Below, piece after piece: positions 19,802 through 30,191 of a stretch of 64,000 nt of DNA. Location: positions 81,048 through 145,047 of the forward strand of contig JAFTRY010000007.1 in NCBI GenBank assembly GCA_017462035.1. The letters run 5' to 3'. The DNA comes from Clostridia bacterium (GTDB lineage: Bacteria; Bacillota; Clostridia; Oscillospirales; CAG-272). A program made the translations under genes and the position numbers. Position 1 is the stretch's first letter; each line of letters starts with the position of its first letter. The notes beneath the pieces were generated by a model. The model saw only the letters and a list, made by a program, of their open reading frames with translations, had not been told where the DNA came from and did not search any database.

Positions 19802-22800
19802 ATGGCGGATTTTGTTCATCTCCATTTGCACAGTGAATATAGTCTGCTGGACGGAGCATGCCGAATTTCCGATATTCCTAAGCGAGCCGCGGAATGCGGT
19901 CATACGGCAGTGGCACTGACCGATCACGGTGTCATGTATGGTGCCGTAGCATTTTACCGCGCTTGCCGCCAGGCGGGAATCAAGCCCATCATCGGATGCG
20001 AGGTATATGTTGCCAACGGTTCCCGTTTGGAGCGAAGCCACAGTACCGATGGAAAGTACCATCATTTAGTGTTGCTCTGTGAAAATGAAATTGGCTATAG
20101 AAATTTGATCGCTATGGTCTCCAAAGGCTTCACGGAGGGGTTTTATTCCAAGCCCAGAATCGATATGGAGCTTTTGGAACAGCATTGTGAAGGTCTGATT
20201 GCTCTTTCTGGGTGTTTGGCAGGAAAGATCCCCTCCTTGTTGTTGAAAGGAGAATACGAGGAAGCGGTCTGTTGCGCGAAAAGACTCTCAGTGCTATTTG
20301 GAAAGGAGCGTTTCTACATTGAGATCCAAAACCATGGACTCAACGAGCAAACCCAAATTTTGCCCGACCTGGTTCGCTTAGCGGAGGAATGCTCACTCCC
20401 CCTGGTCGCAACCAACGACTGTCATTATCTGCGGCGTGAAAACGCTCAGACACAAGCAATTCTCATGTGCATTCAAACCAACACGGTCATAACTGACGGA
20501 CGACCTATTGGCTTTGAAACCGACGAGTTTTATTATAAGACCTCCGCGGAAATGAAAATGTTGTTTGGAAAGTACCCGGGAGCCATAGAAAATACTGTAA
20601 AAATTGCCGAAAGGTGTCAGTTTGAATTTCAGTTCAATATCCCCAAGCTTCCCACCTTCCGAGCACCTAACGGAATGACTTCTACAAAATATCTGAGAGA
20701 GTTAACACTCAAGGGTATGAAGCGAAAAATCGAAAACGGATCTTTGGTGATTTCTTCCGAAATGAAGGAGGTCTACGAAGAGCGGGTTGAATATGAGTTG
20801 GGTGTCATTGCTGACATGGGATACTCGGATTATTTTCTGATCGTCCAGGATTACGTGGGCTTTGCCCGTTCCAAGGGAATACCGGTAGGACCGGGAAGAG
20901 GATCGGGTGCGGGAAGTCTCGTGGCTTTTCTGACCGGGATCACCGACATTGACCCCATTCGGTTCGATCTGCTTTTTGAGCGGTTTCTGAATCCCGAACG
21001 GGTCAGTATGCCAGACATTGACGTAGACTTTTGCTACAACCGCCGGGACGAAGTCATTCGCTATATGTTCGACCACTATGGAGATGAGCATGTGTCTCAA
21101 ATCATTGCTTTCGGTACCTTGGCGGCAAGAGCTGCTATTCGGGATGTTGGCAGAGCTTTGGGAATGTCTTATGCTGAGGTAGATCCAGCCGCCCGAGCGG
21201 TTCCCCAGGAGCTTGGTGTTACTCTGCAATCCGCCTTGAAGCTTCCGGCACTGAAATCGCAGTATGAGGCTTCGGAAAAAATCAAACGATTGGTGGATAC
21301 CGCTATAGAGATCGAGGGAATGCCTCGCAATATCACGGTTCACGCCGCCGGTCTGGTAGTAACCGATCAGCCCGTGGCACAGTATGTTCCTCTGGCAGTC
21401 AGCAATGAAACTGTGGTTACCCAGTTTGATATGGATACCATCGCGGATTTGGGACTCTTAAAGTTTGACTTTTTAGGTCTGCGGTATCTGACCATCATAC
21501 AGGATGCTTGCCGTACGATCCAGGAATCGGATCCGAGCTTTGATGTTGAACAGATTCCTTTGAACGACGGCGAGACCTACGAAATGATCGGAAAGGGTGA
21601 CACCTTAGGATTGTTCCAGCTTGAGTCAGGGGGAATGCGTCAGACTCTTGCGGAGTTGAAACCCGATTGCTTGGATGATATTATTGCGGCAATCGCCTTG
21701 TACCGTCCTGGTCCGATGGACTCTATTCCTCGGTATATTCAAGCAAGGCACCATCCGGATAGGATCCAGTACGCGCATCCGCTTCTTGAACCGATTCTGC
21801 GTTCGACCTATGGATGCACGGTATATCAGGAACAGGTCATGAGCATCTTTCGTGTCATTGCGGGATACACCTACGGACATGCCGACATAGTACGGCGTGC
21901 CATGTCGAAAAAGAAAGCTGACGTTCTGGAAGCGGAGAGGGTACACTTTTTGCGAGGGGCAGAGCAGAACGGAGTTCCATCTGATGTTGCGGAAAAGCTG
22001 TTTGACGACATGTCCTCCTTTGCCAACTATGCCTTTAACAAAAGTCACGCGGCGGCATATGCGGTTATTTCATACCGTACCGCCTATTTAAAGAAGCATT
22101 ATCCTTGCGAATATTTTTCCGCCCTGATGACCTCGGTTCTGGGAAATCAGCAAAAGCTTGCCGAGTATATTGATGAGTGTAAAAAATACGGTATTCATGT
22201 GCTACCGCCCGACATTAACGAAAGCCGAATGGTGTTTCACCCTATGGACGGAAATATCGTGTTTGGACTGCTTGCCCTAAAAAATGTAGGGAAGCAATTC
22301 ATTGACTCGATCCTTCGAGAGCGCGCGGGAATGCCGTTTGCCGATTTTGAGGATTTTGTGAGGAGAATGTCCCACTACGACCTGAACAAAAGAATGGTAG
22401 AATCTTTGATCAAAGCGGGTGCTTTTGATCGCTTAGGGGTCTTCCGCAGTCAGCTTCTCGCCGGGTATGAAGCCTTAATTGAGACCGTTCAACAGAAGGA
22501 TCGAAATAATATTGTCGGGCAGTTGGACATGTTTTCCGCCATTCCACAGGCTCAACAGCTACTTAGTGCCTTTCACTATCCGGACCTACCGGATCTGACC
22601 CTGCGTGAGAAACTGCTTTTGGAGAGGGAAAGCTCCGGAATGTATTTCTCTGGGCATCTGCTGGATACCTACGACGGACATCTGTCCCGACTGTCTCCTC
22701 AAACAATTTCCCAGGTGCTGACACTGGATTCCACCCATGAAAAAGAATCTGTCTCCATTGCTGGGGTGGTGTCGGCGATCACCGTAAAAAATACCCGTAA

Positions 22801-23350
22801 GAACGAAAAAATGGCATTTTTTACGCTGGAAGATCGTGCAGGAGAAATCGAGTGTCTGACGTTTCCCACCCAATATACAAAAAGCTATCATTTGCTTCAT
22901 TTGGACATGCCGCTCTACGTAAAAGGAAATCTGTCCTATCGTGACGGAGATGAGGAAGCGCCGAAGCTTCTGGTATCTGAGATTGTTGAATTGATAGAAA
23001 ACAGTAGACTCGGGGAACTTCCCGTTTCAGACAAGAACCCTCAAAAAGAGAACGGTTCTTCCACGGTCAAGGACGTCGAACGGCAAGAAGAAAAAAAAGG
23101 TGATACCGCCCCGCTATCTGCGGGAGTGCGTTCACCTTCTAAAGTGTATTTGCGGGTACCCGATCAGCAGAGTGTTCTATATCACAAAGCGAAAAATTTA
23201 GTAGAATTATTTGACGGTCCCCTTCAAGTCATTTTTTACGACACAGCAACTTCTACCTATTTTCCAAGCCCAACCGGGATTCAGCTTACGGATTTTGTAT
23301 ATGGAGAGCTGATTGCTCTTTTAGGCAAAGAAAATGTGGTGGCAAAATAA
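19802..23350 (+). CDS. dnaE: DNA polymerase III alpha subunit (DnaE type, N-terminal PHP domain)
   Basis: FVHLHLHSEYSLLDG (PHP), the GSGAGS..FERFLNPERVSMPDIDVDF palm segment, and a C-terminal OB region. Length is 1182 aa. Confidence 0.95.
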   Translation: MADFVHLHLHSEYSLLDGACRISDIPKRAAECGHTAVALTDHGVMYGAVAFYRACRQAGIKPIIGCEVYVANGSRLERSHSTDGKYHHLVLLCENEIGYRNLIAMVSKGFTEGFYSKPRIDMELLEQHCEGLIALSGCLAGKIPSLLLKGEYEEAVCCAKRLSVLFGKERFYIEIQNHGLNEQTQILPDLVRLAEECSLPLVATNDCHYLRRENAQTQAILMCIQTNTVITDGRPIGFETDEFYYKTSAEMKMLFGKYPGAIENTVKIAERCQFEFQFNIPKLPTFRAPNGMTSTKYLRELTLKGMKRKIENGSLVISSEMKEVYEERVEYELGVIADMGYSDYFLIVQDYVGFARSKGIPVGPGRGSGAGSLVAFLTGITDIDPIRFDLLFERFLNPERVSMPDIDVDFCYNRRDEVIRYMFDHYGDEHVSQIIAFGTLAARAAIRDVGRALGMSYAEVDPAARAVPQELGVTLQSALKLPALKSQYEASEKIKRLVDTAIEIEGMPRNITVHAAGLVVTDQPVAQYVPLAVSNETVVTQFDMDTIADLGLLKFDFLGLRYLTIIQDACRTIQESDPSFDVEQIPLNDGETYEMIGKGDTLGLFQLESGGMRQTLAELKPDCLDDIIAAIALYRPGPMDSIPRYIQARHHPDRIQYAHPLLEPILRSTYGCTVYQEQVMSIFRVIAGYTYGHADIVRRAMSKKKADVLEAERVHFLRGAEQNGVPSDVAEKLFDDMSSFANYAFNKSHAAAYAVISYRTAYLKKHYPCEYFSALMTSVLGNQQKLAEYIDECKKYGIHVLPPDINESRMVFHPMDGNIVFGLLALKNVGKQFIDSILRERAGMPFADFEDFVRRMSHYDLNKRMVESLIKAGAFDRLGVFRSQLLAGYEALIETVQQKDRNNIVGQLDMFSAIPQAQQLLSAFHYPDLPDLTLREKLLLERESSGMYFSGHLLDTYDGHLSRLSPQTISQVLTLDSTHEKESVSIAGVVSAITVKNTRKNEKMAFFTLEDRAGEIECLTFPTQYTKSYHLLHLDMPLYVKGNLSYRDGDEEAPKLLVSEIVELIENSRLGELPVSDKNPQKENGSSTVKDVERQEEKKGDTAPLSAGVRSPSKVYLRVPDQQSVLYHKAKNLVELFDGPLQVIFYDTATSTYFPSPTGIQLTDFVYGELIALLGKENVVAK

Positions 23351-23351
23351 G

Positions 23352-23738
23352 TCAGCTCGTATAATCCTCGATCAATGCGTTTAACTGAATATCGTTTTCC
23401 AAGTAAATCCCTTCCTTTAGGAGACTCTGGTCTGCTTTGGGAAGGGTTTTTACATAGGTATCCAAAATCTGGTACAGCGTTCCGTCAGGCAAAAAAACAC
23501 CGATCTTTTCACGGTATTCACGAACCCAGTATCCTTCGAGCTCAGAGGAGGTCTCAGCTTCGGTGGTAACCGTCTCTTTCTCTAAATATACATAGATAGG
23601 ATCTGCCGTTTCCGTATTCTGATTCAACTCACGCTCCCGTTTTAACGCATGTAATAGGAACAGAACCGATACGATCAAGATCGTACACAAAACAACGGCA
23701 TACAGTGACAGCAGAATCGGAACGATTTTCTTTTTCAT
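23352..23738 (-). CDS. Small membrane-anchored hypothetical protein
   Basis: ATG at 23738 follows GGAGAA. It has an N-terminal TM segment MKKKIVPILLSLYAVVLCTILIV. The longer track ORF lacks an RBS and overlaps the PBP start. Confidence 0.5.
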   Translation of the reverse strand: MKKKIVPILLSLYAVVLCTILIVSVLFLLHALKRERELNQNTETADPIYVYLEKETVTTEAETSSELEGYWVREYREKIGVFLPDGTLYQILDTYVKTLPKADQSLLKEGIYLENDIQLNALIEDYTS

Positions 23739-23850
23739 GACCTTCGTTTTCTCCGTTTTTTTCTTATTATGAGACAAAGAGTGATTATTTATTCCTGTTT
23801 GGAGGAATAATATAACGAACGATGAATCTGAAAGGAGATGTCTCAAAAAT

Positions 23851-26355
23851 ATGAAACAGGGAAACGAATCCAAGGGTGAAAACCGTGTACTTCGTCTTGT
23901 GACACGCGTTTTGGTAAGTATATTGATCTTGATTGTTGTGATGTGCTGTATTATCACACTGATCTTTGCCTTGTACGTACAAAAAAACGTAGAAAAAAAC
24001 GTAGATGAAACCATTTTTACTGTGGTTGGAACGGATTCGGCAACTGAGTTGTATTATTATGATCGGAATTACAGCACGGATCGTTGGGAGGTAAAGCGAT
24101 TGACAGAAGAATCACTCTACGGAGGATATCATTGCGTTTACGTAGAATACAATCAACTTCCGGAAAATCTGATTCAGGCGTTTGTCAGTATTGAAGACAA
24201 AAGATTTTACAGCCACAACGGAGTGGATTGGCGGCGAACCATCGCCGCTTTCGCCAACTATTTTCTACACTTTAATGACAGCTTTGGCGGCTCTACCATT
24301 ACGCAACAGCTGATTAAAAACGTAACCGATAAGGATGATTATTCCTTTCAGAGAAAAATTCAGGAAATATTTTGGGCAATGGATCTGGAAACAAAAATGG
24401 ACAAGGAGGAGATCATCACTCTTTATCTGAACATTATTAACCTTTCGCAAGGCTGCTATGGAGTACAAGCGGCAGCGGAATATTATTTTTCCAAGGATGT
24501 ATCGGAGCTCACACTGAACGAGTGCGCCTGCATTGCTGCCATTACAAATAATCCATCCTATTATGACCCTCTCCGTAATCCGGAACATAATTTCGAACGA
24601 AAAAATCTGATCCTGGATGAAATGTATGAACAGGGCTATATTACCGAGGAGGAGTGGCAAAGCAATGTTTCCTCATCGGTGGTTCTAAAGATCAATTCCT
24701 CCTTTCAATCCCAAGAGGTTAATTCTTGGTATGTAGATATGGTGGTTGAAGATGTGATCCAGGATCTTATGGAGGAAAAAGGATATAGCCGAGTAATGGC
24801 GAATTTAGTCCTGTATACAGGGGGCTTGAAAATCTATACCGCTATGGATCCGGATATTCAAGATATTTTGGAGGATTACTATGCCGATACGTCTCATTTT
24901 TATACCCAGGCAAGCCAGGAATCCCTTCAATCCTCCATGATCGTGATTGATCCTACAAACGGAGACATTCTTGGTGTTGTTGGGGCAATCGGAGAAAAAC
25001 AGGCGAATCGTTTGCAAAATTTTGCTACACAGACACTCCGTCCGGCAGGATCTGTGATTAAGCCTCTGTCGGTTTACGCTCCGGCACTCGAAAATGGAAT
25101 CATTACCTGGTCATCGGTTTATGACGATGTTCCCGTCAATTTTGGAAACTATAATTTAGATTCATCCAAGGGGAGGATCATAGAGCCCGTCGCATGGCCG
25201 AAAAACGCAAACGGGGTCTATCGCGGTCTTACCAATATCAATTACGCCATCGAGCATTCTATCAATACGGTTACCGTTCGCGTACTGGAGGAGATCGGCG
25301 TTGAAAATTCGTTCCGTTTCCTATATGATAAGCTGCATATAGAAAATCTCATTGACGGAGGATATACCGCCGATGGGCGGTATATTACGGATATGGATTT
25401 GGCGGCACTTGCGCTAGGACAGTTAAATTATGGAGTTACGGTGAGGGAAATTACCGCCGCCTATTCCATTTTTGCCAACCAAGGAATCTATCATTCGCCC
25501 CGATCCTATTATCGGGTAACAGATGCTTTGGGAAGTGTCATACTTGACCGTCCTTATCAAGGAGAGGCGGTCATCAGTGAGGACAACGCGTCCATTATGA
25601 ACCTAATGTTAGAAAACGTGGTCAAGAACGGAACGGCAAATACCATTGCTTTGCAAAATCAAATCTCCTGCGCCGGAAAAACAGGTACCACCCAAAACAA
25701 CTTTGACCGTTGGTATATTGGATATACACCTTATATGATCGGAGGTGTGTGGTATGGCTACGAATACCCGAAAGCACTGAGCGGAAGCAATATCTGTGTG
25801 GACATCTGGGATGACGTAAGCAAGATTATCCACGAGAGAACCGTCTTTTCACAAGTGGCAGAAGAGGATCTGAGGGAGTTTTCCTTAGGAAGTAATGTGA
25901 TAAAAGCGGAATTTTGTGCGGATTCCGGAAAATTGGTTACAAAATCCTGTGAAATGGATCCCAGAAACAACCGTGTTGAGCAAGGATATTTCACAAAAGG
26001 AACCGAACCGACGGAACTATGCGACTGTCATGTACCTGTTGCGTATGATACACTATCAGGAGGGATCGCATCTGAAAGTCATTGCCCCGAATCCAATCGC
26101 GCTTACGTGGGTTTGATCCATGTGGTAAGAAGCTTTCCCATAGAAATCTATGTAACGGATGCGCAGTATGTATGGCGAGACCTACCCTCCGATATTATGC
26201 CGGAAACCTCTCCCGCTTTGCCGTTTTTTTACGGTACACTGAAGGAAGGAGAGTACTGCGGAATCTCGAGAGGCGATGTTCAGTTCAACAGACTCTGCCG
26301 CATGCACTTCGATTACGCTCAATGGAAAAAGGAGAAGGAGAAAATATCCTACTAA
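23851..26355 (+). CDS. Class A penicillin-binding protein (glycosyltransferase + transpeptidase)
   Basis: GT51 motifs EDKRFYSHNGVD and GGSTITQQL. Transpeptidase motifs RPAGSVIKP (SxxK), SIN and KTGTT. Confidence 0.9.
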   Translation: MKQGNESKGENRVLRLVTRVLVSILILIVVMCCIITLIFALYVQKNVEKNVDETIFTVVGTDSATELYYYDRNYSTDRWEVKRLTEESLYGGYHCVYVEYNQLPENLIQAFVSIEDKRFYSHNGVDWRRTIAAFANYFLHFNDSFGGSTITQQLIKNVTDKDDYSFQRKIQEIFWAMDLETKMDKEEIITLYLNIINLSQGCYGVQAAAEYYFSKDVSELTLNECACIAAITNNPSYYDPLRNPEHNFERKNLILDEMYEQGYITEEEWQSNVSSSVVLKINSSFQSQEVNSWYVDMVVEDVIQDLMEEKGYSRVMANLVLYTGGLKIYTAMDPDIQDILEDYYADTSHFYTQASQESLQSSMIVIDPTNGDILGVVGAIGEKQANRLQNFATQTLRPAGSVIKPLSVYAPALENGIITWSSVYDDVPVNFGNYNLDSSKGRIIEPVAWPKNANGVYRGLTNINYAIEHSINTVTVRVLEEIGVENSFRFLYDKLHIENLIDGGYTADGRYITDMDLAALALGQLNYGVTVREITAAYSIFANQGIYHSPRSYYRVTDALGSVILDRPYQGEAVISEDNASIMNLMLENVVKNGTANTIALQNQISCAGKTGTTQNNFDRWYIGYTPYMIGGVWYGYEYPKALSGSNICVDIWDDVSKIIHERTVFSQVAEEDLREFSLGSNVIKAEFCADSGKLVTKSCEMDPRNNRVEQGYFTKGTEPTELCDCHVPVAYDTLSGGIASESHCPESNRAYVGLIHVVRSFPIEIYVTDAQYVWRDLPSDIMPETSPALPFFYGTLKEGEYCGISRGDVQFNRLCRMHFDYAQWKKEKEKISY

Positions 26356-26372
26356 GAAATAGTATACAAAGA

Positions 26373-26410
26373 GGGGAGGTACACTGCTTCGTGTGCCTCC
26401 CCGGCTTTTG
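26373..26410. terminator. Terminator hairpin between convergent PBP and ABC genes
   Basis: GGGGAGGTACAC-TGCTTC-GTGTGCCTCCCC followed by GGCTTTT. Confidence 0.6.
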
Positions 26411-26412
26411 AT

Positions 26413-28167
26413 TTATTGGTTTGCGAATTGACTGCGGTATAGCTCGGAATAAAAACCGTTCTTCGCGAGCAGGGTATGATGGTCGCCTTGCTCGACGATA
26501 TTGCCGTCTCGCATAACAAGAATAATATCCGCTTCCCGAATCGTAGAGAGCCGATGAGCCACGATAAAGCTGGTTCGTCCCCGCATCATAGTAGTAAAAG
26601 CTTTTTGAATCCGAATCTCGGTCCTAGTATCAATCGATGAGGTAGCCTCGTCCAGAATGAGCATTTCAGGAAGACAAAGCATGACTCTGGCAATACACAA
26701 TAACTGCTTTTGCCCCTGAGAGAGACTTCCGCCGTCCTCTGAGATCACGGTTTCGTATCCATTGGGCAAACGACGAATAAAGCTATGCGCGTGAGCACTC
26801 TTGGCGGCGGCAACCACCTCTTCATCCGTAGCATCCGGTTTCCCAAACGCAATGTTGTCCCGAATCGTTCCACTGGAAAGCCAGGTATCCTGCAACACCA
26901 TCCCATAGGAACCGCGAAGCTTCTTTCTCGTGTAATCTCGAATATCCTCACCGTCCAAAGAAATACTTCCTTCATTCACATCATAAAAACGCATCAAAAG
27001 ATTGATCAGGGTGGTTTTTCCACAACCGGTAGGACCAACAATCGCAATATGCTGACCGGCGTAAGCATCCAGATTGAAGCCCCGGATCAGAGGCTTGTCC
27101 TCACGGTAAGAAAACGATACTTCACGGAAAGTAATATCACCGTGTACCGTCTCGGGATCGCACGGCATCTCACAATCGGGTATCTGAACCGGCTCGTCTA
27201 TCAGCTCGAACACGCGAGCGGCACACGCCAGTGCGTTCTGAAGCTCGGTTACTACGCCGGAAATTTCATTAAAAGGCTTGGTATACTGATTGGAATAGGA
27301 AAGAAAGCTTGAGAGCTTACCGATGGACATCATACTTCCGCCGCGAAGGCAAAGGAGGGCTCCCGTAAGCGCTACCAAAGTGTAAACCACACTGTTTACA
27401 AAGCGGGTAGACGGATTTGTGGTAGACGAGAAAAAGATCGCGCGTAAGGAGGCTTTGGACAATTGGTGATTGATTTCATCAAATCTCTCCTGGACGTTCT
27501 CCTCTTGTCCGAAAGCAACCACGATCTTGTGTCCGCTTATCATTTCATCAATGAGAGCGGTCTGTTCGCTCCTAATTTCCGATTGAAGCTTGAACATAGA
27601 ATAGGTTTTCTTGGCAATAAACGCTGCTACAAACAAAGACAGAGGGGTGACAAGCACCACGATCAGTGTAACGGGAGGACTGATTATCAACATAAAGATC
27701 AGGGTTCCCAAAATTGTCATAACTCCGTTGAACAATTGAGAAAATCCCATTAACAGTCCGTCCGCAAACTGATCTACGTCGGTTACCACACGGCTAATAA
27801 TTTCGCCGGTTTGGTGAGAATCTATATACGACACGGGCAACTGTTGAATCCGCACGAAGGCACTGTGACGAATATTTCTGACGATTCCGTAGGTCATTCG
27901 ATTATTCAGCACATTGATCAGCCACTGAAGAATTCCCGTTATAAGGACAGAGATCAGAATTTTCACTAAAATTTGCTGAATACTTGTTAGATCAACCGCA
28001 TTTTGCCCCAAGGCGTAATCAATAGCAGTACCTACGAGAATAGGAACGTAAAGGGTCAGTGCCACCGAAACAGCGGTAAAGAGAAGGGAAATGGCAAAAT
28101 GAATACGATATATTTTCAGATATTTGAAAACCATACCAAAGGTCTTTACGTTTTGTTTGAGCTTCAT
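26413..28167 (-). CDS. ABC transporter ATP-binding/permease fusion (MsbA/multidrug-exporter type)
   Basis: A six-TM N-terminal domain, Walker A GPTGCGKTT, signature LSQGQKQL and Walker B ILILDEATS. Confidence 0.9.
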   Translation of the reverse strand: MKLKQNVKTFGMVFKYLKIYRIHFAISLLFTAVSVALTLYVPILVGTAIDYALGQNAVDLTSIQQILVKILISVLITGILQWLINVLNNRMTYGIVRNIRHSAFVRIQQLPVSYIDSHQTGEIISRVVTDVDQFADGLLMGFSQLFNGVMTILGTLIFMLIISPPVTLIVVLVTPLSLFVAAFIAKKTYSMFKLQSEIRSEQTALIDEMISGHKIVVAFGQEENVQERFDEINHQLSKASLRAIFFSSTTNPSTRFVNSVVYTLVALTGALLCLRGGSMMSIGKLSSFLSYSNQYTKPFNEISGVVTELQNALACAARVFELIDEPVQIPDCEMPCDPETVHGDITFREVSFSYREDKPLIRGFNLDAYAGQHIAIVGPTGCGKTTLINLLMRFYDVNEGSISLDGEDIRDYTRKKLRGSYGMVLQDTWLSSGTIRDNIAFGKPDATDEEVVAAAKSAHAHSFIRRLPNGYETVISEDGGSLSQGQKQLLCIARVMLCLPEMLILDEATSSIDTRTEIRIQKAFTTMMRGRTSFIVAHRLSTIREADIILVMRDGNIVEQGDHHTLLAKNGFYSELYRSQFANQ

Positions 28168-29891
28168 TCTGCGTCACCTCCTTCCGGAAACTGAGAACGG
28201 TAGATTTCCCGATAGATCTCACATCGAGCAAGAAGCTCCTGGTGGGTTCCGGCTCCAACCAGTTCACCGTCGTCCAAAACAAGAATCTGATCGGCGTGCA
28301 TGATGGATGAGGTGCGCTGAGAGATAATAAATAAGGTGGGCTTGTCCTCCAGATGGGAAAGCGCGGTACGCAATTTTGCTTCGGTAGCGTAATCCAGTGC
28401 GGATGCCGAATCGTCCAGGATCAGAAAACGAGGTCTTCTTAAAAGTGCTCTGGCAATAGTCAGACGCTGTTTTTGTCCCCCCGAAAAATTACTTCCGCCT
28501 TGAAGCACAGGCTCATCTAAACCAAGCTCCTTTTCCGCAACAAACTCCTTCGCTTGCGCCAGTTCAAGCGACTTCCAAATTGCATCGTCATCGGCATCCT
28601 CAGCCCCCCACTGTAAATTGGAGCGGATGGTACCCTTGAACAGTACGGATTTCTGAGGAACAATACCAAACATATCGGTCAGCTCCGTTCCATGATACAG
28701 TGCTGTATTTTTTCCGTTAACAAACACGTTACCGGATGAGGGTGTATAAAAACCGGGAATCAAATTGGCAAGCGTCGTCTTACCCGATCCGGTACCTCCG
28801 ATAATACCCACTGTTTCCCCCGGCTTCACCGAGAAAGAAATGTCGCTCAACGCTTCATCTCCGTCCGCGTGATAGCGGAAAGAAACGCGATCAAAAACAA
28901 GGGCATATGCCGTCGCATCACTCTTGCGAGATATTTGCTTCCCCTCGTCCGGCTGGGTAGCAAAAACGTCTGAGATACGGTGAGCGCTGGCAGCTGCCTT
29001 GTTCAATGTAATGATCAAAGAAGCAAGCTTGATTAGTTCCACGAGAATCTGTGACATATAATTGTATAGGGCAATCAACTCACCCTGAGATATTCTGCCC
29101 GAATCCACGGCAAGTGAGCCTCTTTGAATTAGAAAAATAACAGCGGCATTGATGATCACATAGGTGAGAGGGTTCATGAGAGCGGAAATTCCGCCAGCAA
29201 ACCGTTGAATTCTGGTAAGAGCCTGATTACGCTCATCAAAATCGTGAATTTCATCACTTTCCTTATTAAATGCTCGAACCACGCGGGTACCGTTGTAATT
29301 CCCACGTACCTTTCCAACCAAACGGTCTAATGCGCTTTGGGAGTTTTTGTAGATTGGGATGGTGATTAGCATAATCCCAAAGACAACCACTGCTAAAACA
29401 GGAATGACAATGGCAAAAATCAGCGCCAGCTTTACGTCAATGGTAAACGCCATAACCATAGCACCGAAGACAATAAAGGGAGAGCGCATAAATAAGCGAA
29501 GAAACATATTGATACCGGTCTGCACGGCATTCACGTCCCCGGTCATACGGGTGATCAAGGTAGAGGTTCCCAGGCGGTCTGTGGTAGCGTAGCTAAAGCT
29601 TTGAATGTGAGCAAACAGTGAGCTTCTCAATTTTGTTGCAAATCCCACTGCCGCGCGAGCCGCAAAAAATTGAGCACTTAAGGCGCAGATCAAGCCAATC
29701 ACACCAAGTGCGATCATAACTCCGCACATCTGCAAGATCCTTGTATGATTTACTTGACGCACCCCCACGTCAACGATCTGAGCCACGGCAAGAGGAACCA
29801 ATAACTCAAAAATTGCCTCCAAACATTTAAAGGCAGGTGCCAAAACCGATTCCTTGTAGTAGCCCTTTAAGTATTTTAATAAACTCTTCAT
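28164..29891 (-). CDS. ABC transporter ATP-binding/permease fusion, heterodimer partner
   Basis: GGTGSGKTT, FSGGQKQR and FLILDDSAS. The stop overlaps the downstream partner's start. The start is trimmed to MKSLLKYLKG (ATG at 29891). Confidence 0.9.
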   Translation of the reverse strand: MKSLLKYLKGYYKESVLAPAFKCLEAIFELLVPLAVAQIVDVGVRQVNHTRILQMCGVMIALGVIGLICALSAQFFAARAAVGFATKLRSSLFAHIQSFSYATTDRLGTSTLITRMTGDVNAVQTGINMFLRLFMRSPFIVFGAMVMAFTIDVKLALIFAIVIPVLAVVVFGIMLITIPIYKNSQSALDRLVGKVRGNYNGTRVVRAFNKESDEIHDFDERNQALTRIQRFAGGISALMNPLTYVIINAAVIFLIQRGSLAVDSGRISQGELIALYNYMSQILVELIKLASLIITLNKAAASAHRISDVFATQPDEGKQISRKSDATAYALVFDRVSFRYHADGDEALSDISFSVKPGETVGIIGGTGSGKTTLANLIPGFYTPSSGNVFVNGKNTALYHGTELTDMFGIVPQKSVLFKGTIRSNLQWGAEDADDDAIWKSLELAQAKEFVAEKELGLDEPVLQGGSNFSGGQKQRLTIARALLRRPRFLILDDSASALDYATEAKLRTALSHLEDKPTLFIISQRTSSIMHADQILVLDDGELVGAGTHQELLARCEIYREIYRSQFPEGGDAE

Positions 29892-29965
29892 GAAAACTCC
29901 TGTTGTATGTTTGATTGCTGTTCTCGCAGAACCATACATAAAAATATTCCTTTCTATTATAAAGC

Positions 29966-30060
29966 ATAAAAGAAAAAATTTCAACCTGATTTTTTAAAAC
30001 TGTTAAAAAATATTGCATTTAAAGAAAAAGTGTGTTATAAAGCAAAGATGATTGTTTGTA
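29966..30060 (+). repeat. Copy A of a tRNA-promoter-like segment (TTGCAT -35, extended -10 TGTGTTATAA)
   Basis: AGAAAAAATT..ATTTTT..AAAA..TATTGCATTTaaaGAAAAAGTGTGTTATAA..TTGTTTG aligns by eye with 34675-34744, which lies immediately upstream of tRNA-Val(GAC). Confidence 0.6.
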
Positions 30061-30191
30061 GAAAAAAACCTTTTTTGAGCGATTCTTCACGTTTTTTTTG
30101 GAGAATAGTGTTGCTTTTTTATAGTATCGAGTCTTGAAAATCGTGTTTTGCTATGGTAAAATTAAGAAAAAAAGAAAGGTAAGATACGATC

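Noticed and set aside
20702-22048. Minus-strand ORFs of 213 and 140 aa inside dnaE.
   Set aside because: They are antisense to a continuous 1182-aa DnaE with canonical motifs. They show no independent signals.
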